Shown piece by piece: positions 53,601-64,000 of a DNA stretch of 64,000 nucleotides. Position 1 is the stretch's first letter, and each line of letters begins with the position of its first letter. The stretch is from Auanema rhodensis. Lineage: Eukaryota > Animalia > Nematoda. The notes under the pieces were generated by a model. That model was not told the DNA's origin, did no database searches, and worked only from the letters and a program-made list of their open reading frames with translations. The DNA lies in NCBI GenBank assembly GCA_964057225.1, contig OZ059897.1:18538001-18602000 (forward strand), read 5' to 3'. Position numbers and translations under genes: made by a program.

Positions 53601-56600
53601 TTTTCAAGGCAAAGACGATGGACAATGTTATTCAACGAAAAAATTAATTCTTCAGGGTGAAAATCGAGGATATAAGTGTGAACTTATATCAGTTGATATC
53701 TCGGTGCATTTTTAAGCTAGCGCAAATCTGATAACACAGATCGACGCAGCTTAAAAATCCGCATCGAATGCACTATACTACATTAAGAAACGCTTGATAC
53801 AAAAATTAGTTATGATCGTTTGAAAAATGATGCATTAGTGTATGTTGAGTTTCCATGTACACTCAACATTGCTTCCAAAACATTTTGACAAAAATTTTTT
53901 CGAAAAATTTCAAAATAGTTTAGCAAAAAGTAGATGTTTTTAGATTCCATTTTTCAAGGCAAAGACGATGGACAATGTTATTCAACGAAAAAATTAATTC
54001 TTCAGGGTGAAAATCGAGGATATAAGTGTGAACTTATATCAGTTGATATCTCGGTGCATTTTTAAGCTAGCGCAAATCTGATAACACAGATCGACGCAGC
54101 TTAAAAATCCGCATCGAATGCACTATACTACATTGAGAAACGTTTGATACAAAAATTAGTTATGATCGTTTGAAAAATGATGCATTAGTGTATGTTGAGT
54201 TTCCATGTACACTCAACATTGCTTCCAAAAACATTTTGACAAAAATTTTTTCGAAAAATTTCAAAATAATTTAGCAAAAAGTAGATGTTTTTAGATTCCA
54301 TTTTTTAAGGCAAAGACGATGGACAATATTATTCAACGAAAAAATTAATTCTTCAGGGTGAAAATTGAGGATATAAGTGTGAACTTATATCAGTTGATAT
54401 CTCGGTGCATTTTTAAGCTAGCGCAAATCTGATAACACAGATCGACGCAGCTTAAAAATCCGCATCGAATGCACTATACTACATTGAGAAACGCTTGATA
54501 CAAAAATTAGTTATGATCGTTTGAAAAATGATGCATTAGTGTATGTTGAGTTTCCATGTACACTCAACATTGCTTCCAAAAACATTTTGACAAAAATTTT
54601 TTCGAAAAATTTCAAAATAATTTAGCAAAAAGTAGATGTTTTTAGATTCCATTTTTCAAGGCAAAGACGATAGACAATGTTATTCAACGAAAAAATTAAT
54701 TCTTCAGGGTGAAAATCGAGGATATAAGTGTGAACTTATATCAGTTGATATCTCGGTGCATTTTTAAGCTAGCGCAAATCTGATAACACAGATCGACGCA
54801 GCTTAAAAATCCGCATCGAATGCACTATACTACATTAAGAAACGCTTGATACAAAAATTAGTTATGATCGTTTGAAAAATGATGCATTAGTGTATGTTGA
54901 GTTTCCATGTACACTCAACATTGCTTCCAAAACATTTTGACAAAAATTTTTTCGAAAAATTTCAAAATAGTTTAGCAAAAAGTAGATGTTTTTAGATTCC
55001 ATTTTTCAAGGCAAAGACGATGGACAATGTTATTCAACGAAAAAATTAATTCTTCAGGGTGAAAATCGAGGATATAAGTGTGAACTTATATCAGTTGATA
55101 TCTCGGTGCATTTTTAAGCTAGCGCAAATCTGACAACACAGATCGACGCAGCTTAAAAATCCGCATCGAATGCACTATACTACATTGAGAAACGTTTGAT
55201 ACAAAAATTAGTTATGATCGTTTGAAAAATGATGCATTAGTGTATGTTGAGTTTCCATGTACACTCAACATTGCTTCCAAAAACATTTTGACAAAAATTT
55301 TTTCGAAAAATTTCAAAATAATTTAGCAAAAAGTAGATGTTTTTAGATTCCATTTTTTAAGGCAAAGACGATGGACAATGTTATTCAACGAAAAAATTAA
55401 TTCTTCAGGGTGAAAATTGAGGATATAAGTGTGAACTTATATCAGTTGATATCTCGGTGCATTTTTAAGCTAGCGCAAATCTGATAACACAGATCGACGC
55501 AGCTTAAAAATCCGCATCGAATGCACTATACTACATTGAGAAACGCTTGATACAAAAATTAGTTATGATCGTTTGAAAAATGATGCATTAGTGTATGTTG
55601 AGTTTCCATGTACACTCAACATTGCTTCCAAAAACATTTTGACAAAAATTTTTTCGAAAAATTTCAAAATAATTTAGCAAAAAGTAGATGTTTTTAGATT
55701 CCATTTTTCAAGGCAAAGACGATGGACAATGTTATTCAACGAAAAAATTAATTCTTCAGGGTGAAAATCGAGGATATAAGTGTGAACTTATATCAGTTGA
55801 TATCTCGGTGCATTTTTAAGCTAGCGCAAATCTGATAACACAGATCGACGCAGCTTAAAAATCCGCATCGAATGCACTATACTACATTAAGAAACGCTTG
55901 ATACAAAAATTAGTTATGATCGTTTGAAAAATGATGCATTAGTGTATGTTGAGTTTCCATGTACACTCAACATTGCTTCCAAAACATTTTGACAAAAATT
56001 TTTTCGAAAAATTTCAAAATAGTTTAGCAAAAAGTAGATGTTTTTAGATTCCATTTTTCAAGGCAAAGACGATGGACAATGTTATTCAACGAAAAAATTA
56101 ATTCTTCAGGGTGAAAATCGAGGATATAAGTGTGAACTTATATCAGTTGATATCTCGGTGCATTTTTAAGCTAGCGCAAATCTGATAACACAGATCGACG
56201 CAGCTTAAAAATCCGCATCGAATGCACTATACTACATTGAGAAACGTTTGATACAAAAATTAGTTATGATCGTTTGAAAAATGATGCATTAGTGTATGTT
56301 GAGTTTCCATGTACACTCAACATTGCTTCCAAAAACATTTTGACAAAAATTTTTTCGAAAAATTTCAAAATAATTTAGCAAAAAGTAGATGTTTTTAGAT
56401 TCCATTTTTTAAGGCAAAGACGATGGACAATGTTATTCAACGAAAAAATTAATTCTTCAGGGTGAAAATTGAGGATATAAGTGTGAACTTATATCAGTTG
56501 ATATCTCGGTGCATTTTTAAGCTAGCGCAAATCTGATAATACAGATCGACCCAGCTTAAAAATCCGCATCGAATGCACTATACTACATTGAGAAACGCTT

Positions 56601-59600
56601 GATACAAAAATTAGTTATGATCGTTTGAAAAATGATGCATTAGTGTATGTTGAGTTTCCATGTACACTCAACATTGCTTCCAAAAACATTTTGACAAAAA
56701 TTTTTTCGAAAAATTTCAAAATAATTTAGCAAAAAGTAGATGTTTTTAGATTCCATTTTTCAAGGCAAAGACGATGGACAATGTTATTCAACGAAAAAAT
56801 TAATTCTTCAGGGTGAAAATCGAGGATATAAGTGTGAACTTATATCAGTTGATATCTCGGTGCATTTTTAAGCTAGCGCAAATCTGATAACACAGATCGA
56901 CGCAGCTTAAAAATCCGCATCGAATGCACTATACTACATTGAAAAACGCTTGATACAAAAATTAGTTATGATCGTTTGAAAAATGATGCATTAGTGTATG
57001 TTGAGTTTCCATGTACACTCAACATTGCTTCCAAAAACATTTTGACAAAAATTTTTTCGAAAAATTTCAAAATAGTTTAGCAAAAAGTAGATGTTTTTAG
57101 ATTCCATTTTTTAAGGCAAAGACGATGGACAATGTTATTCAACGAAAAAATTAATTCTTCAGGGTGAAAATTGAGGATATAAGTGTGAACTTATATCAGT
57201 TGATATCTCGGTGCATTTTTAAGCTAGCGCAAATCTGATAACACAGATCGACGCAGCTTAAAAATCCGCATCGAATGCACTATACTACATTGAGAAACGC
57301 TTGATACAAAAATTAGTTATGATCGTTTGAAAAATGATGCATTAGTGTATGTTGAGTTTCCATGTACACTCAACATTGCTTCCAAAAACATTTTGACAAA
57401 AATTTTTTCGAAAAATTTCAAAATAGTTTAGCAAAAAGTAGATGTTTTTAGATTCCATTTTTCAAGGCAAAGACGATGGACAATGTTATTCAACGAAAAA
57501 ATTAATTCTTCAGGGTGAAAATCGAGGATATAAGTGTGAACTTATATCAGTTGATATCTCGGTGCATTTTTAAGCTAGCGCAAATCTGATAACACAGATC
57601 GACGCAGCTTAAAAATCCGCATCGAATGCACTATACTACATTGAGAAACGTTTGATACAAAAATTAGTTATGATCGTTTGAAAAATGATGCATTAGTGTA
57701 TGTTGAGTTTCCATGTACACTCAACATTGCTTCCAAAAACATTTTGACAAAAATTTTTTCGAAAAATTTCAAAATAATTTAGCAAAAAGTAGATGTTTTT
57801 AGATTCCATTTTTCAAGGCAAAGACGATGGACAATGTTATTCAACGAAAAAATTAATTCTTCAGGGTGAAAATCGAGGATATAAGTGTGAACTTATATCA
57901 GTTGATATCTCGGTGCATTTTTAAGCTAGCGCAAATCTGATAACACAGATCGACGCAGCTTAAAAATCCGCATCGAATGCACTATACTACATTGAGAAAC
58001 GCTTGATACAAAAATTAGTTATGATCGTTTGAAAAATGATGCATTAGTGTATGTTGAGTTTCCATGTACACTCAACATTGCTTCCAAAAACATTTTGACA
58101 AAAATTTTTTCGAAAAATTTCAAAATAGTTTAGCAAAAAGTAGATGTTTTTAGATTCCATTTTTTAAGGCAAAGACGATGGACAATGTTATTCAACGAAA
58201 AAATTAATTCTTCAGGGTGAAAATTGAGGATATAAGTGTGAACTTATATCAGTTGATATCTCGGTGCATTTTTAAGCTAGCGCAAATCTGATAACACAGA
58301 TCGACGCAGCTTAAAAATCCGCATCGAATGCACTATACTACATTGAGAAACGCTTGATACAAAAATTAGTTATGATCGTTTGAAAAATGATGCATTAGTG
58401 TATGTTGAGTTTCCATGTACACTCAACATTGCTTCCAAAAACATTTTGACAAAAATTTTTTCGAAAAATTTCAAAATAGTTTAGCAAAAAGTAGATGTTT
58501 TTAGATTCCATTTTTCAAGGCAAAGACGATGGACAATGTTATTCAACGAAAAAATTAATTCTTCAGGGTGAAAATCGAGGATATAAGTGTGAACTTATAT
58601 CAGTTGATATCTCGGTGCATTTTTAAGCTAGCGCAAATCTGATAACACAGATCGACGCAGCTTAAAAATCCGCATCGAATGCACTATACTACATTGAGAA
58701 ACGCTTGATACAAAAATTAGTTATGATCGTTTGAAAAATGATGCATTAGTGTATGTTGAGTTTCCATGTACACTCAACATTGCTTCCAAAAACATTTTGA
58801 CAAAAATTTTTTCGAAAAATTTCAAAATAGTTTAGCAAAAAGTAGATGTTTTTAGATTCCATTTTTCAAGGCAAAGACGATGGACAATGTTATTCAACGA
58901 AAAAATTAATTCTTCAGGGTGAAAATCGAGGATATAAGTGTGAACTTATATCAGTTGATATCTCGGTGCATTTTTAAGCTAGCGCAAATCTGATAACACA
59001 GATCGACGCAGCTTAAAAATCCGCATCGAATGCACTATACTACATTGAGAAACGCTTGATACAAAAATTAGTTATGATCGTTTGAAAAATGATGCATTAG
59101 TGTATGTTGAGTTTCCATGTACACTCAACATTGCTTCCAAAAACATTTTGACAAAAATTTTTTCGAAAAATTTCGAAATAGTTTAGCAAAAAGTAGATGT
59201 TTTTAGATTCCATTTTTCAAGGCAAAGACGATGGACAATGTTATTCAACGAAAAAATTAATTCTTCAGGGTGAAAATCGAGGATATAAGTGTGAACTTAT
59301 ATCAGTTGATATCTCGGTGCATTTTTAAGCTAGCGCAAATCTGATAACACAGATCGACGCAGCTTAAAAATCCGCATCGAATGCACTATACTACATTGAG
59401 AAACGCTTGATACAAAAATTAGTTATGATCGTTTGAAAAATGATGCATTAGTGTATGTTGAGTTTCCATGTACACTCAACATTGCTTCCAAAAACATTTT
59501 GACAAAAATTTTTTCGAAAAATTTCAAAATAGTTTAGCAAAAAGTAGATGTTTTTAGATTCCATTTTTCAAGGCAAAGACGATGGACAATGTTATTCAAC

Positions 59601-62600
59601 GAAAAAATTAATTCTTCAGGGTGAAAATCGAGGATATAAGTGTGAACTTATATCAGTTGATATCTCGGTGCATTTTTAAGCTAGCGCAAATCTGATAACA
59701 CAGATCGACGCAGCTTAAAAATCCGCATCGAATGCACTATACTACATTGAGAAACGCTTGATACAAAAATTAGTTATGATCGTTTGAAAAATGATGCATT
59801 AGTGTATGTTGAGTTTCCATGTACACTCAACATTGCTTCCAAAAACATTTTGACAAAAATTTTTTCGAAAAATTTCAAAATAGTTTAGCAAAAAGTAGAT
59901 GTTTTTAGATTCCATTTTTTAAGGCAAAGACGATGGACAATGTTATTCAACGAAAAAATTAATTCTTCAGGGTGAAAATCGAGGATATAAGTGTGAACTT
60001 ATATCAGTTGATATCTCCGTGCATTTTTAAGCTAGCGCAAATCTGATAACACAGATCGACGCAGCTTAAAAATCCGCATCGAATGCACTATACTACATCG
60101 AGAAACGCTTAATACAAAAATTAGTTATAATCGTTTGAAAAATGATGCATTAGTGTATGTTGAGTTTCCATGTACACTCAACATTGCTTCCAAAAACATT
60201 TTGACAAAAATTTTTTCGAAAAATTTCAAAATAGTTTAGCAAAAAGTAGATGTTTTTAGATTCCATTTTTCAAGGCAAAGACGATGGACAATGTTATTCA
60301 ACGAAAAAATTAATTCTTCAGGGTGAAAATCGAGGATATAAGTGTGAACTTATATCAGTTGATATCTCGGTGCATTTTTAAGCTAGCGCAAATCTGATAA
60401 CACAGATCGACGCAGCTTAAAAATCCGCATCGAATGCACTATACTACATTGAGAAACGCTTGATACAAAAATTAGTTATGATCGTTTGAAAAATGATGCA
60501 TTAGTGTATGTTGAGTTTCCATGTACACTCAACATTGCTTCCAAAAACATTTTGACAAAAATTTTTTCGAAAAATTTCAAAATAGTTTAGCAAAAAGTAG
60601 ATGTTTTTAGATTCCATTTTTCAAGGCAAAGACGATGGACAATGTTATTCAACGAAAAAATTAATTCTTCAGGGTGAAAATCGAGGATATAAGTGTGAAC
60701 TTATATCAGTTGATATCTCGGTGCATTTTTAAGCTAGCGCAAATCTGATAACACAGATCGACGCAGCTTAAAAATCCGCATCGAATGCACTATACTACAT
60801 TGAGAAACGCTTGATACAAAAATTAGTTATGATCGTTTGAAAAATGATGCATTAGTGTATGTTGAGTTTCCATGTACACTCAACATTGCTTCCAAAAACA
60901 TTTTGACAAAAATTTTTTCGAAAAATTTCAAAATAGTTTAGCAAAAAGTAGATGTTTTTAGATTCCATTTTTTAAGGCAAAGACGATGGACAATGTTATT
61001 CAACGAAAAAATTAATTCTTCAGGGTGAAAATCGAGGATATAAGTGTGAACTTATATCAGTTGATATCTCGGTGCATTTTTAAGCTAGCGCAAATCTGAT
61101 AACACAGATCGACGCAGCTTAAAAATCCGCATCGAATGCACTATACTACATCGAGAAACGCTTAATACAAAAATTAGTTATAATCGTTTGAAAAATGATG
61201 CATTAGTGTATGTTGAGTTTCCATGTACACTCAACATTGCTTCCGAAAACATTTTGACAAAAATTTTTTCGAAAAATTTCAAAATAATTTAGCAAAAAGT
61301 AGATGTTTTTAGATTCCATTTTTCAAGGCAAAGACGATGGACAATGTTATTCAACGAAAAAATTAATTCTTCAGGGTGAAAATCGAGGATATAAGTGTGA
61401 ACTTATATCAGTTGATATCTCGGTGCATTTTTAAGCTAGCGCAAATCTGATAACACAGATCGACGCAGCTTAAAAATCCGCATCGAATGCACTATACCAC
61501 ATCGAGAAACGCTTAATACAAAAATTAGTTATAATCGTTTGAAAAATGATGCATTAGTGTATGTTGAGTTTCCATGTACACTCAACATTGCTTCCAAAAA
61601 CATTTTGACAAAAATTTTTTCGAAAAATTTCAAAATAGTTTAGCAAAAAGTAGATGTTTTTAGATTCCATTTTTCAAGGCAAAGACGATGGACAATGTTA
61701 TTCAACGAAAAAATTAATTCTTCAGGGTGAAAATCGAGGATATAAGTGTGAACTTATATCAGTTGATATCTCGGTGCATTTTTAAGCTAGCGCAAATCTG
61801 ATAACACAGATCGACGCAGCTTAAAAATCCGCATCGAATGCACTATGCTACATTAAGAAACGCTTAATACAAAAATTAGTTATGATCGTTTGAAAAATGA
61901 TGCATTAGTGTATGTTGAGTTTCCATGTACACTCAACATTGCTTCCAAAAACATTTTGACAAAAATTTTTTCGAAAAATTTCAAAATAGTTTAGCAAAAA
62001 GTAGATGTTTTTAGATTCCATTTTTCAAGGCAAAGACGATGGACAATGTTATTCAACGAAAAAATTAATTCTTCAGGGTGAAAATCGAGGATATAAGTGT
62101 GAACTTATATCAGTTGATATCTCGGTGCATTTTTAAGCTAGCGCAAATCTGATAACACAGATCGACGCAGCTTAAAAATCCGCATCGAATGCACTATACT
62201 ACATTGAGAAACGCTTGATACAAAAATTAGTTATGATCGTTTGAAAAATGATGCATTAGTGTATGTTGAGTTTCCATGTACACTCAACATTGCTTCCAAA
62301 AACATTTTGACAAAAATTTTTTCGAAAAATTTCAAAATAGTTTAGCAAAAAGTAGATGTTTTTAGATTCCATTTTTCAAGGCAAAGACGATGGACAATGT
62401 TATTCAACGAAAAAATTAATTCTTCAGGGTGAAAATCGAGGATATAAGTGTGAACTTATATCAGTTGATATCTCGGTGCATTTTTAAGCTAGCGCAAATC
62501 TGATAACACAGATCGACGCAGCTTAAAAATCCGCATCGAATGCACTATACTACATTGAGAAACGCTTGATACAAAAATTAGTTATGATCGTTTGAAAAAT

Positions 62601-64000
62601 GATGCATTAGTGTATGTTGAGTTTCCATGTACACTCAACATTGCTTCCAAAAACATTTTGACAAAAATTTTTTCGAAAAATTTCGAAATAGTTTAGCAAA
62701 AAGTAGATGTTTTTAGATTCCATTTTTCAAGGCAAAGACGATGGACAATGTTATTCAACGAAAAAATTAATTCTTCAGGGTGAAAATCGAGGATATAAGT
62801 GTGAACTTATATCAGTTGATATCTCGGTGCATTTTTAAGCTAGCGCAAATCTGATAACACAGATCGACGCAGCTTAAAAATCCGCATCGAATGCACTATA
62901 CTACATTGAGAAACGCTTGATACAAAAATTAGTTATGATCGTTTGAAAAATGATGCATTAGTGTATGTTGAGTTTCCATGTACACTCAACATTGCTTCCA
63001 AAAACATTTTGACAAAAATTTTTTCGAAAAATTTCAAAATAGTTTAGCAAAAAGTAGATGTTTTTAGATTCCATTTTTCAAGGCAAAGACGATGGACAAT
63101 GTTATTCAACGAAAAAATTAATTCTTCAGGGTGAAAATCGAGGATATAAGTGTGAACTTATATCAGTTGATATCTCGGTGCATTTTTAAGCTAGCGCAAA
63201 TCTGATAACACAGATCGACGCAGCTTAAAAATCCGCATCGAATGCACTATACTACATTGAGAAACGCTTGATACAAAAATTAGTTATGATCGTTTGAAAA
63301 ATGATGCATTAGTGTATGTTGAGTTTCCATGTACACTCAACATTGCTTCCAAAAACATTTTGACAAAAATTTTTTCGAAAAATTTCAAAATAGTTTAGCA
63401 AAAAGTAGATGTTTTTAGATTCCATTTTTTAAGGCAAAGACGATGGACAATGTTATTCAACGAAAAAATTAATTCTTCAGGGTGAAAATCGAGGATATAA
63501 GTGTGAACTTATATCAGTTGATATCTCCGTGCATTTTTAAGCTAGCGCAAATCTGATAACACAGATCGACGCAGCTTAAAAATCCGCATCGAATGCACTA
63601 TACTACATCGAGAAACGCTTAATACAAAAATTAGTTATAATCGTTTGAAAAATGATGCATTAGTGTATGTTGAGTTTCCATGTACACTCAACATTGCTTC
63701 CAAAAACATTTTGACAAAAATTTTTTCGAAAAATTTCAAAATAGTTTAGCAAAAAGTAGATGTTTTTAGATTCCATTTTTCAAGGCAAAGACGATGGACA
63801 ATGTTATTCAACGAAAAAATTAATTCTTCAGGGTGAAAATCGAGGATATAAGTGTGAACTTATATCAGTTGATATCTCGGTGCATTTTTAAGCTAGCGCA
63901 AATCTGATAACACAGATCGACGCAGCTTAAAAATCCGCATCGAATGCACTATACTACATTGAGAAACGCTTGATACAAAAATTAGTTATGATCGTTTGAA
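38639..64000. repeat. Variant domain C (closest to consensus, most homogeneous)
   Basis: Marker aataGttt is first seen at 38829 and then in a large share of the monomers. Other markers: aaacgTtt, catttttTaa, aaatTga, ataaTac+gacCcag, catCgag, and a 1-A deletion (ttccaaaacatt, 350-bp monomers). Confidence 0.85.
53027..56884. repeat. Trimeric higher-order repeat (1052 bp = 350+351+351)
   Basis: Monomers with the 1-A deletion start at 53729, 54781 and 55833. Each is followed by a cgTtt/tttTaa/aatTga monomer and then a near-consensus monomer. Confidence 0.87.

Larger units (their letters stand above)
1..64000. repeat. Satellite DNA array: about 182 head-to-tail copies of a 351-bp AT-rich monomer (350-352 bp variants), continuing past both window ends
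   Basis: TGATAACACAGATCGACGCAGC recurs at 1, 352, 703, 1054 and so on, at exact 351-bp steps up to 19306. After that the steps are 350/351/352 because of single-base indels. Copies differ by only a few substitutions. No inversion or foreign insertion was seen. Confidence 0.99.

Noticed and set aside
1-64000. CRISPR array or other repeat-spacer system
   Set aside because: There are no unique spacers. The whole 351 bp is repeated and no cas or other genes are present.
1-64000. Array as a pure assembly or sequencing artefact
   Set aside because: Variants form linked haplotypes recurring at exact monomer multiples, which random error would not produce. Individual copy numbers still need read support.

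Overview
The whole 64 kb window is one uninterrupted head-to-tail tandem array of a 351-bp AT-rich satellite monomer. There are about 182 copies, all in the same orientation. By my hand count the consensus is about 32% GC. I found no unique sequence, genes, RNA genes, transposon insertions or CRISPR spacers. All ORFs in the track are parts of the monomer that are opened by point variants; the main one is a single +G insertion present in 29 copies. The informative signal is in the monomer variants. They divide the array into three sequential variant domains (A about 1-16.1 kb, B about 16.1-38.6 kb, C about 38.6-64 kb) with interdigitated, recombinant borders. Inside the domains are local higher-order repeats and block duplications with 2-, 3-, 6-, 7-, 10-, 14- and 26/27-monomer periods. 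The monomer carries several dyad symmetries, an apparently invariant box of about 45 bp, an excess of CpG, and traces of an older two-subunit origin. The picture fits a recently homogenised eukaryotic (peri)centromeric satellite. I cannot name the family or species, and centromere function is an inference. I found no evidence of a novel gene-based system. Positions called 'monomer nt' refer to the copy at 1-351. All counts were made by eye.
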